Below, one piece after another: positions 11,270 through 22,389 of a DNA stretch of 40,985 nucleotides; within the stretch, counting starts at the first letter, position 1; each line of letters begins with the position of its first letter. Below the pieces are notes generated by a model. The model was not told the origin of the DNA and ran no database searches. It worked only from the letters and a program-made list of their open reading frames with translations. A program made the translations under genes and the position numbers. Location of the stretch: assembly GCF_006345805.1 (NCBI RefSeq), contig NW_021835213.1:1-40985 (forward strand). The letters run 5' to 3'. This stretch comes from Octopus sinensis (Eukaryota).

Positions 11270-11500
11270 GGGGGGGTCCCCGAGGTGGGTGGGGGAGGAG
11301 GCTGGCACTGGGGGTGGCGGTGGCACGGTGAGGGGAGGGGGTGGGGTGATGGTTCCGAGGTGGGGGGAGGCTGGCACTGGGGGTGGCGGTGGCACGGTGT
11401 GGGTGGGGGTGATGGTTCCGAGGTGGGGGGAGGCTGGCACTGGGAGTGGCAGTGGCACGGTGGCGGTGGGGAGGGGTGGTGATGGTTCTGAGGTGGGGGG
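11270..11500. repeat. G-rich ~60-bp minisatellite, 3-4 copies
   Basis: Unit GGGGTGATGGTTCCGAGGTGGGGGGAGGCTGGCACTGGGGGTGGCGGTGGCACGGT. Confidence 0.8.
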
Positions 11501-11599
11501 GAGGAGGCGAATGGGGGACGGGGTGGGGGGGAATGGAGTGTTATTCAATTCAATGGTTTCTTTATCTCTTATCACACCACTACGCATAACTTCCTTGTT

Positions 11600-11886
11600 T
11601 TTCTCTTAATCCTTCTCATCTTCTTGTTGTCGTCATCTTCTTCCTCTTCTTCACCTTCCTCCTCCTCCTCCTCTTCTTGCTCTTCTTCTTCTTCTTCTTT
11701 CTCTTCTTCTTCTTCTTCTTCTTCCCTCTTCTCTCTTCTTCCTCTCTTCTTCTCTTCCTCTTCTCTTCTTCTTCTTTTCTCTCCTCTCCTCTTCTCTCCT
11801 TCTCTCCTCCTTCTTCTTCTTCCCCTTCTTCTTCTCCTTCTTCTTCTTCTTCCTCTTCTTCTTCTTCTTCTTCCTCTCTCTTCTTT
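11600..11886. repeat. (CTT)n/(CT)n polypyrimidine microsatellite
   Basis: Direct inspection. Confidence 0.95.
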
Positions 11887-12526
11887 GGTCAGCTCTGACC
11901 AAAGGACCTTCTGTGATGGCTGCAATAAAGGGGGCCCTAAAAATGCGTAACTTAACCTAGCCCCGACATATGCTGGACTTTCAAAAGCCAGTGGCAAGGC
12001 TTCTAGCCATGGTCAGCTCTGACCAAAGGACCTTCTGTGATGGATGTAATACAGGGGGCCCTAAAAATGCGTAACTTAACCTAGCCCCGACATTTGCTGG
12101 ACTTTCAAAAGCCAGTGGCAAGGCTACTAGCCATGGTCAGCTCTGACCAAAGGACCTTCTGTGATGGCTGTAATACAGGGGGCCCTAAAAATGCGTAACT
12201 TAACCTAGCCCCGACATTTGCTGGAATTTCAAAAGCCAGTGGCAAGGCTACTAGCCATGGTCAGCTCTGACCAAAGGACCTTCTGTGATGGCTGTAATAC
12301 AGGGGGCCCTAAAAATGCGTAACTTAACCTAGCCCCGACATTTGCTGGAATTTCAAAAGCCAGTGGCAAGGCTACTAGCCATGGTCAGCTCTGACCAAAG
12401 GACTTTCTGTGATGGATGTAATACAGGGGGCCCTAAAAATGCGTAACTTAACCTAGCCCCGACATATGCTGGACTTTCAAAAGCCAGTGGCAAGGCTACT
12501 AGCCATGGTCAGCTCTGACCAAAGGA
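11887..12526. repeat. 124-bp tandem array, 5 full units plus 20 nt
   Basis: Unit starts GGTCAGCTCTGACC at 11887, 12011, 12135, 12259, 12383 and 12507. Confidence 0.95.
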
Positions 12527-12652
12527 GGCCCTGTGTGTGTGTGTGTAGTATATTATTGCTAGACATCAAATAAACTGACCTGCCAACTTTTGGTAAAGGT
12601 TATCTTCTCGAGTCATGCTGACTCACAAGGGATGGTTTCCTGGTTTCCATAA

Positions 12653-12786
12653 AGATAGATAGATAGAGAGATAGGTAGGTAGGTTGAGAGAGAGTGAGAA
12701 AGAGAGAGAGAGAGATAGGTAGGTAGGTAGGTATGTAGGTTGATAGACAGATAGATAGATGGATAGATGGATGGATGGCTATGTAG

Positions 12787-12825
<39 letters not shown>

Positions 12826-12888
12826 TAGGTAGGTAGGTAGGTTGATAGATAGATAGATAGATAGATAGCTAAATAGATAGATAGCTAA

Positions 12889-12920
<32 letters not shown>

Positions 12921-13043
12921 GTTGGTAGATAAATAGATAGATAGATAGCTAAATAGATAGATAGCTAAATAGATAAATAGATAGATAGATAGATAGATAT
13001 ATAGATAGATAGATAGATAGATAGGTTGGTAGATAAATAGATG

Positions 13044-13099
<56 letters not shown>

Positions 13100-13240
13100 T
13101 AGGTAGAGGTAGGTAGGTAGATAAACAGATAGATGGATAGATGGATGGATGGCTATATAGATAAATAAAGAGAGAGAGAGAGAGAAAGAGAGATGGATAT
13201 AGATGGATAAATGCAGGGAGAGGCAGACCCAGAGATAGGA
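12653..13240. repeat. (GATA)n/(GA)n/(GGTA)n microsatellite
   Basis: Direct inspection. Confidence 0.95.
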
Positions 13241-13751
13241 AGAGGGATGCTTCACTAGGTCCTTAGGAATGTTCTAAGCATTTTGTCGATGTGCAAAGAT
13301 GCCAATATGGTTTTCCCCGCCATCGTACGGTGGTTGGTCAACTTTGGTGTAAAGCAGAGAGCCATAACCAAACAGTGTGATTTCAGGTTCATTCCCTCCT
13401 CTCCTCTCTTTCACATCAATGCTTTCTATCTTTCTCCTTCGTTTCGCTTCAGCGATTCCGTTGTCATCGGCGTTAATGGCTTCCTTCTCTCTCTCTCACA
13501 CGCGAAATGATGCACAGATATTTGCAGATACAGGGAATACTCCATACACATGCATACACAGACATACACATCTGTATTACACTTGCACAAACACGGGTGT
13601 ATATATGTGTGCATACAACACACATACACACACACGTGCATGCATACACGTACAAATATATACGTGTGAGCGGATACATTCATATCAATGGATATAAATG
13701 TATACACCAACATATGAATATGTGTGTATATATATATATGTAGGTATATAT

Positions 13752-14179
13752 AGGTGTAGGAGTGGCTGTGTGGTAAGTGGCTTGCTAACCAACCACATGG
13801 TTCTGGGTTCAGTCCCACTGCGTGGCACCTTGGGCAAGTGTCTTCTGCTATAGACTCGGGCCGACCAATGCCTTGTGAGTGGATTTGGTAGACGGAAACT
13901 GAAAGAAGCCTGTCGTATATATGTATATATAATATATTATAATATAATATATATATGTGTGTGTGTGTTTTGTGGTCTGTGTTTGTGTCCCCTAGCATTG
14001 ATTGACAACAGATGCTGTTGTGTTTACGTCCCCGTTACTTAGCGGTTCGGCAAAAAGACCAATAGATAGTACTATGGGCTTACAAAGAATAAGTCCCCGG
14101 TTCGATTTGCTCGACTAAAGGCGGTGCTCCAGCATGGCCGCAGTCAAAATGACTGAAACAAGTAAAAGAGTAAAAGAGA

Positions 14180-14180
<1 letters not shown>
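13752..14180 (+). mobile_element. SINE family A, full length
   Basis: Head AGGAGTGGCTGTGTGG through tail AGTAAAAGAGTAAAAGAG. Confidence 0.9.
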
Positions 14181-14223
<43 letters not shown>

Positions 14224-14592
14224 TATATAGTATATGTATGTATGTATGTATGTAGTGTATGTATGTATGTATGTATGCATGTATATATGTGTGCGTGTGT
14301 AAACATGTACGAATATTTCGTACACATTTACCTATCTGTCTGTCTGTCTGTCGTTCCAACCTCCATCTGTCTACCTGTCTATGATGTATGTAACTATCTA
14401 TAGATATATATTGTATGTATATAGACAGATATATAGCTATAGACACACACATCATACATATTCACACATATGCTAACGCAAAAACCACCGCCTATATATA
14501 TATAATATTATATATATATTATATATATATTATATATAGGTATGTATATATGTCTGTGTGTATGATATATATATATGCTATACATACATATA

Positions 14593-14636
<44 letters not shown>

Positions 14637-14807
14637 CATGTATATTATATATATGTATGTATGTAGGTATGTATATATATACATATATACATCTACGTAC
14701 ACACATTGTGTAATTATGCTATTCGCCTCATTAAATGGCTAATAATTTAAATACTTCACTAAATATTATATGGTCATTGCCACATTAATATTAGAAATGT
14801 GATTCTG

Positions 14808-14860
<53 letters not shown>

Positions 14861-14902
14861 TGTATTAGTAGTGGTAGTAGTGGTGGTAGTAGTAGTAGTA
14901 GT

Positions 14903-14952
<50 letters not shown>

Positions 14953-14970
14953 TAGTGGTGGTAGTAGTAG
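14808..14970. repeat. (GTA)n microsatellite
   Basis: Direct inspection. Confidence 0.95.
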
Positions 14971-15266
14971 CTGTTCAGCCCTAGGCAAGTCCTGATCAAG
15001 ACAGACCTATGATCAAAGATCATCCCACCTTTTATTCAGGCACAGTGTATCTAGGACTACGTCATTTAATGTTATAGTATAGTTGTTGATGTTATTGGCT
15101 GTTCTTGTTTATCCAGGATGGACCCTAAGGTCCTTGGAGACAATTGATGAAGAAGTCATGCTGACCCCATGAAAGGCCTCTGTTTCCAGCCACTTGGACT
15201 GTTGCTCCCAATTGTGGTCATCACAAAGTCCCCAGCTGACAATGGAGTTTGAAGCAATCTGAGGTT

Positions 15267-15695
15267 AGGCAAGGAGTGGCTGTGTGGTAAGTAGCTTGCT
15301 AACCAACCACATGGTTCTGGGTTCAGTCCCACTGCGTGGCACCCTGGGCAAGTGTCTTCTGCTATAGCCCTGGGCCGACCAAAGCCTTGTGAGTGGATTT
15401 GGTAGATGGAAACTGAAAGAAGCCTGTCGTATATATATATATGTGTATGTATATATATATATATATATTATATATGTATGTATGTGTAAGTGTTTGTGTG
15501 TCTGTGTTTGTCCTCCTAGCATTGCTTGACAACCGATGCTGGTGTGTTTATGTCCCTGTTACTTAGCGGTTCGGCAAAAGAGACCGATACAATAAGTACT
15601 GGGCTTACAAAGAATAAGTCCCGGGGTCAATTTGCTCGGCTAAAGGCGGTGCTCCAGCATGGCCGCAGTCAAATGACTGAAACAAGTGAAAGAGT
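15267..15695 (+). mobile_element. SINE family A, full length
   Basis: Similarity to other family A copies. Confidence 0.9.
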
Positions 15696-15701
15696 ACAGA
15701 A

Positions 15702-16020
15702 TATCATCATCATCATCATCGTTTAACATCCGCTTTCCATGCTGGCATGGGTTGAAAGGTTTGACTGAGGACTGGCGAGCCAGATGGCTGCACCATGCTC
15801 CAGTCTGATCTGGCAGAATCTCTACAGCTGGATGCCCTTCCTAATGCCAACCACTCCCAGAGTGTAGTGGGTGCTTTTTACGTGCCAGCCAAGCGGCGCT
15901 GGCAACGACCTCGCTTGAATCTTTTACACATGCCACCGACACAGGTGCCCGTAAGGCGACGCTGGTAACAATTACGCTCGGATGGTGCTCTTAATGCCCT
16001 ACTAGCACGGGGCTCGAGTG
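15702..16020 (-). mobile_element. Family B 3' end
   Basis: (ATC)n-GTTTAACATCCGCTTTCCATGCTGGCATGGG...CAGCTGGATGCCCTTCCTAATGCC is the reverse complement of the family B tail. Confidence 0.8.
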
Positions 16021-16084
16021 CCAGAGTAGAACAGATGAATTCTTGGAAGATGCTGAAGAAAAACTAGCGCTTTAATCGTTCGTG

Positions 16085-16400
16085 TGGAAGCGTAAGAGAG
16101 ATGTCATAATCTGCTTGTGGATATTTCTGGAAGGGTTGCCTCCTAACTTTGGCATCAAAAGTTATGAAACAAGGCTTGGACTGGATGCCATTGCATAAGA
16201 CCCAAGACCCCTGCACACCACCAATAGTTTGGGGTTCTAAGGCCCACAGCTCGCAGCACTTCAATGCTCTGCCAAAAGAACCAAGAAACCTACATAATGT
16301 GGATGTCTTCTAAAGGAACTTCGTCATTTTGGATATGTCTCCTCTCCACAATACAGGATGAACCAATGTCCTGGCATGAAGTACAGACTACAATGGCAGA
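16085..16400 (+). mobile_element. Degenerate CR1/L2-group LINE 3' end
   Basis: Frameshifted translation IICLWIFLEGLPPNFGIKSY...FNALPKEPRNLHNVDVF...DEP resembles the CR1-group ORF2 C-terminus. Confidence 0.6.
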
Positions 16401-16483
16401 GTTAACGCAGAGTAGATGAAACCATGGCGACTGAAGAAGGGGTTTTTTATACAATACATATACATATATATATAATATATATC

Positions 16484-16555
<72 letters not shown>

Positions 16556-16683
16556 GAGAGAGAGAGAGAGGGATAGTTAGATAGATAGATATAGATATGC
16601 ATTTATATACACAAATATACATATATACATACATAAGTATATATATATGCATATATATGAATATATGTGTGCATATATGTGTG

Positions 16684-16715
<32 letters not shown>

Positions 16716-16749
16716 TATATGTCTATGCAAATATATATATATATGACTA

Positions 16750-16782
<33 letters not shown>

Positions 16783-16960
16783 CTTGGTGATGTCACATGC
16801 TGTTACACAAACTCATTTATGTCGTCTGCTTCAATGAATTCTTAAAGACTTGGGTCACATGACATTTTGTCAACGGTGGCTTGTAGTGGTGGTGGTGGTG
16901 GTGGTGGTGTTTATGCGTCTTCTTTTACTATTCCTCTTCTGCCTCTAATTTTTTCTCCCA

Positions 16961-17617
16961 CATTGGCTAATACATACATATATACATAGATAAGAGAGTA
17001 GGGTGTGATTTGAGGGAGATTTGGCTGCTATTTCTACCAGGTCTAGTTACCATGTAGAAGTCTCCCTCATTGGCTCATACATACATATATACATAGATAA
17101 GAGAGTAGGGTGTGATTTGAGGGAGATTTGGCTGCTATTTCTACCAGGTCTAGCTTCCATGTAGAGGTTTCCCTCATTGGCTCATACATACATATATACA
17201 TAGATAAGAGAGTAGGGTGTGATTTGAGGGAGATTTGGCTGCTATTTCTACCAGGTCTAGCTACCATGTAGAGGTCTCCCTCATTGGCTCATACATACAT
17301 ATATTAGAGAGTAGGGTGTGATTTGAGGGAGATTTGGCTGCTATTTCTACAAGATCTAGCTACCATGCAGAGGCCTCTGTCATTCACTCATACTGTTATT
17401 TCTACCAGGTCTAGCTACCATGTAGAGGTCTCCCTCATTGGCTCATACATACATATATACATAGATAAGAGAGTAGGGTATGATTTGAGGGAGATTTGGC
17501 TGCTATTTCTACAAGATCTAGCTACCATGCAGAGGCCTCTGTCATTCACTCATACATATATACATAGATAAGAGAGTAGGGTGTGATTTGAGGGAGATTT
17601 GGCTGCTATTTCTAGCA
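16961..17617. repeat. 107-bp tandem array (about 6 units, two sequence variants)
   Basis: CATTGGCT unit starts at 16961, 17068, 17175 and 17282. The core TTGGCTGCTATTTCT also occurs singly near 27428. Confidence 0.9.
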
Positions 17618-18054
17618 GTATCCAGTCAGCTTCCAATATACTGCTCCAGTGGATTCTTCAGAAGACTCTACAAGAGTGGATGCAAGCGCTAATATATGAT
17701 TTATAAAAACAGGTGACATATTAATAAAAATCTGTAAATATAAAACCATCCAGATTTCTGAGTACCTTATTTCTTCTATTATATAATACCTGTACATCAC
17801 CTCCAAACATTCTAATATATATATTTATATATATATATATATATATTATACTCTTTTACTTGTTTCAGTCATTTGACTGCGGCCATGCTGGAGCACCACC
17901 TTTAATCGAGCAACTCGACCCTGGGACTTATTCTTTTCTAAGCCCAGTGCTTATTCTATCGGTCTCTTTTGCCGAACCGCTAACTCAAACGGGGACGTAA
18001 ACACACAGCATCGGTTGTCAAGCACATGCTAGGGGACAAACACAGACATACACG

Positions 18055-18100
<46 letters not shown>

Positions 18101-18120
18101 ACATATATATATTATATATA

Positions 18121-18368
18121 TAATAATAAATATTAGGGAATAAATCCAAACTTACAGGGAAAAATCAGATTTAGGATTGAATCCATTTATAGTAAATATT
18201 ATATTATATTAGATTAGAGACAAAACCACTATTAGGAAACGATCGTAGTGGATATAATTATATTTTTTTAATAATTGTTACATATTTAAATAATATAAAT
18301 TAATCATATGTATTGGCTTAAGTCTTTCATTGTTTGATTTGCCTAATAGTGGTTTTATCTCTAATTTA

Positions 18369-18375
<7 letters not shown>
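18121..18375. mobile_element. Penelope-like pLTR fragment with inversion (18121-18235 minus, 18236-18375 plus)
   Basis: Both arms are homologous to 992-1186. The forward arm starts at the hammerhead 3' half GAAAC(gatc)GTAGTGG. Confidence 0.65.
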
Positions 18376-18418
<43 letters not shown>

Positions 18419-18489
18419 AATAATAGAACATATGCATATATATAAACATATATGTACGTACCTACCTCTACATGTACATATACACGCAT

Positions 18490-19001
18490 ATATGTGTACA
18501 GGACACCAAAAAGACGTCGAACACATAGAGAGACGAAACACATAGACAAACCAAGGAACAAGACAAGCAAAAAAGAGAGATACAGGACAGTAAGCACAAC
18601 GAAAAATCCCCTTCTTCAGTCGCTAAGGTTTCATCTACTAAACGTTTCGAAGGAATAAAGCGAGACGTATATTTCGAAGAAAACTTTCTTCCGCGAAAAG
18701 CAAATCAATTAAAATTCTGAGATCTTTTCGCAGAGGGGTAAAAAAAAAGCAAGACGGTAACGACAGTACAAACATATAAACAGTAAAAAATATATATATA
18801 AACAGTGGAAAAATAAAAATATAACAGTGAGAGACAGGACAGGAGAACAAGATAAGAAGGGCTGTTAACGCCAGACGAAAAAAGTATTGCCAAACGCTGG
18901 ATTATCGTGGACGACGAGAGAGAAAATGTGTCGACCAGTAGCCTTAGGAGGCGGGCGAGAAAAGACAGGATAGCAGTTACGACGGAAGTATCGTCGCAGA
19001 T

Positions 19002-19005
<4 letters not shown>
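18490..19005 (-). mobile_element. Probable Penelope-like 3' end (third family)
   Basis: Minus-strand IIQRLAILFSSGVNSPSYL weakly resembles the GIY-YIG C-terminal L.TL.P.GLN motif. CTGAAGAAGG and CGAAA boxes follow; flanked by (TA)n. Confidence 0.45.
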
Positions 19006-19038
<33 letters not shown>

Positions 19039-19554
19039 TACGATGGGCTTCTTTCAGTTTCCGTCTACCAAATCCACTCACAAGGCTTTGGTCGGCCCGA
19101 GGCTATAGTAGAAGACACTTGCCCAAGGTGCCACGCAGTGGGACTGAACCCAGAACCATGTGGTTGGTTAGCAAGCTACTTACCACACAGCCACTCCTGC
19201 GCCTTATATATATGTATCCACACATACACACACACACACACATAGAAAGTGAACTACACTAATTAACTCTACACACACATACCCACTCATGCACCTCCAC
19301 ACCAACTTGTACGTCTCCAGCCGTGCCCACCCACCACTAACACACCCCCCCCCCCCCTCTCATTTGTTTTTCTGCTCCACTATTTCTCATTAATATTCTG
19401 CATGGCACCGACCAGCTCGATTGGCGCTCCACCAACTTCAAGATGGCTGCCATATTTTCTCTGACCATCGAAGACGATAATGGCAGCTTGTTTGTCTCTC
19501 ATGTTTACTGCCATAGAAATGGTCTTGATGGGTGCTTCGGATCAGCTTAATTGA

Positions 19555-19792
19555 ACGAGTGTGTGTGTGTGTGTATCTGTATATATGTATGTATGTATAT
19601 ATATGTCTGTGTGTGTTGTGTGTGTGTGTGTGTATCTGTATATATATATATTATGTATATATATGTGTATGTGTGTGCGTGTAACTGTATATATGTATGT
19701 ATATATATATATATATGTGTGTGTGTGTATCTGTACATATGTATGTATATATATATATGTGTGTGTGTGGTGTGTGTGTATCTGTATATATG

Positions 19793-19833
<41 letters not shown>

Positions 19834-19900
19834 CTGTGTATCTGTATATATGTATGTATATATATATATGTGTGTGTGTGTGTATCTGTATATATGTATG

Positions 19901-19932
<32 letters not shown>

Positions 19933-19999
19933 CAAATGTACATTGATGTCTATGCATAATTGTCGGTCTGAATTAGTGTGTGTATGTATATATTGGATG

Positions 20000-20044
<45 letters not shown>

Positions 20045-20204
20045 CATACATATATACATATATATATAAACACACATATATATATATATACGTACATATA
20101 TATGTGTGTGTGTATGTGTGGTGTGCATGTTTCTGTATGTATAATAATGAATATGTGTAAATGATATATATATATGTATATAGATGTTTATTTATCTAGA
20201 GTGA

Positions 20205-20265
<61 letters not shown>

Positions 20266-20499
20266 TATACATACATGCATGGATACACACACACACACGC
20301 ACACATATATATATATATATAGCGAGAGGAGAGACAGGTGTATGTGTACATATATGTACATAAATGTTAGTGTATGTATAATGTGTGAGTGTGTGTCTCT
20401 TTATACACACACACACACATATATTTGTCATTGTATGAATATGTATTTGTATGTATATGTATGCTAACAGATGTCCGTCCAAGTATAATCATGTCTGTG

Positions 20500-20530
<31 letters not shown>

Positions 20531-20560
20531 GTATATATGTGTATACAGATATTTGTGTGT
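19555..20560. repeat. Compound TA/TG microsatellite field
   Basis: Direct inspection. Confidence 0.9.
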
Positions 20561-20892
20561 ATAATTACAGCTCATAACTGAAAACATTTTGATTAAACGG
20601 GGGTAATTTAAATAATTGAGTGTTATGTACATCTGTTTGTTTATCTGTCTACATCTCTCTTTGTAGACGTATCTGTTGACAAGAACAAACACTACATTCA
20701 GAGAAGGAAAATATTTCTCCTGGCAAGAGCTTTTGACAAAGAGCTCACTAAAAAGCAAATTTGGATATCCAGTGACAATCTCATTCTGTCTTTCTACACT
20801 CACAAATATGGTTTCAACATATTTGTACCATGTATATAGATTGCATAAGTCACAAACAACAAAATAAACATACATACAAACATATATATATA

Positions 20893-21132
20893 CTGCCTGG
20901 CCCCCGTGCCGGTGGCACGTGAAAAGCACCATCCGTCCATGGCCGTTTGCCAGCTCCATCTGGCACCTGTGCGGGTGGCACGTAAAAAGCACCCACTACA
21001 CTCATGGAGTGGTTGGCGTTAGGAAGGGCATCCAGCCGTAGAAACACTGCCAGATCAGACTGGGCCTGGTGCAGCCATCTGGCTTCACAGACCCCAGTTG
21101 AACCGTCCAATGACGCTAAATGATGATGATGA

Positions 21133-21163
<31 letters not shown>

Positions 21164-21435
21164 CTTCTGTACCCATGGCACATAAAAGGGCACCATTCGA
21201 GCGTGATCGTTACCAACACCGCTTCACTGGCCCCCATGCTGGTGGCACGTAAAATGCACCCACTACACTCTCAGAGTGGTTGGCGTTAGGAAGGGCATCC
21301 AGCTGTAGATACTCTGCCAGATCAAGATTGGAGCCCAGTGCAGCCATCTGGCTCACCAATCCTCAGTCAAACCATCCAATCCATGCCAGCATGGAAAGCG
21401 GACGTTAAACGATGATGATGATGATGATGATGATA
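20893..21435 (+). mobile_element. Two adjacent family B 3' pieces (20893-21135 and 21170-21435)
   Basis: GTGGCACGTAAAAAGCACC modules and (GAT)n tails. Confidence 0.8.
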
Positions 21436-21496
21436 TTTCGTTTTTGGATTTGATTTGCAAGATTCTTTATATGAGTTTGTGTGTTGAAGCATTTTC

Positions 21497-21710
21497 TGTT
21501 GTGTCTGGGGAGGGTCATTCTCTTTCAGTGCCTTATTATTTAATACACTCACTGGTAAAATTTCCACTTATTTCACTTATTTCAAAACTATTGAAAAGGT
21601 TGCAAGATGGAATCAAAATTTTAGATGAATAAAACAGAAATAAGTGGAAATTTTACCAGTATGTTAAATTATAAGGCACCAAAAGAGAATGACTCACCCC
21701 TAACACAACA
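21497..21710. mobile_element. Fold-back (MITE-like) element with ~75-bp imperfect arms
   Basis: 21497-21574 is the reverse complement of 21637-21710 (GTCATTCTCTTT/AAAGAGAATGAC; CTGGTAAAATTTCCACTTATTTC/GAAATAAGTGGAAATTTTACCAG). Confidence 0.8.
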
Positions 21711-21737
21711 GTATATATATATATATATATATATATT

Positions 21738-22134
21738 ACTCTTTTACTTGTTTCAGTCATTTGACTGTGGCCATGCTGGAGCACCGCCTTTAGTCGAACA
21801 AATCGACCCCAGGACTAATTCTTTGTAAGCCTAGTACTTATTCTATCAGTTCTGCTTGCAGAACTGCTAAGTTATGGGGATGTAAACACACCTGCATCGG
21901 TTGTCAAGTGATGTTGGGGGAACAAACACAGACACACAAACACACACACATATATACATACATGTACATATATACGACAGGCTTCCTTCAGTTTCCGTCT
22001 ACCAAATCCATTCACAAGGCTTTGGTTGGTCCGAGGCTATAGTAGGAGACACTTGCCCAAGGTGCCACGCAGTGGGACTGAACCCGGAACCATGTGGTTG
22101 GTAAGCAAGCTACTTACCACACAGCCACTCCTGC
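21738..22134 (-). mobile_element. SINE family A, full length
   Basis: Similarity to other family A copies. Confidence 0.9.
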
Positions 22135-22389
22135 ATACACACACACTAGCATTATTTAGGGGATGGCCCAATACAAACATTTCTCCTTCCTAAAATATAG
22201 TAAAGAGACAAGATTGGACAGCTCAGATTTTTTCCTACACACGTTTCCATAGCCTACTTATTCATTTAATTAAGCATAATATTACATATTACATAATTTT
22301 ACATTATCACATAACCCTACCATTTCATCAGGCAACATTTATCCTTTTACCAGGAAAATCAAAACTGTGAAGTTTGCTTGCCATGTATA

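Larger units (their letters stand above)
17850..19204 (-). mobile_element. SINE A split at its internal microsatellite (3' half 17850-18060, 5' half 19041-19204)
   Basis: The two halves are co-oriented and join into one consensus when the inserts are removed. Confidence 0.8.

Noticed and set aside
11887-12526. CRISPR array or known ribozyme/snoRNA reading of the 124-bp repeat
   Set aside because: No variable spacers. CTGACCA lacks the hammerhead G8, HDV and twister helices could not be completed, and box C is imperfect.
16961-17617. CRISPR-like repeat-spacer look
   Set aside because: Whole units are duplicated; eukaryotic context and no cas genes.
20760-20800. Frataxin-like KQIWISS motif; also WIPI-like LYTFRRG near 3240
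   Set aside because: Short matches without the flanking conserved residues.
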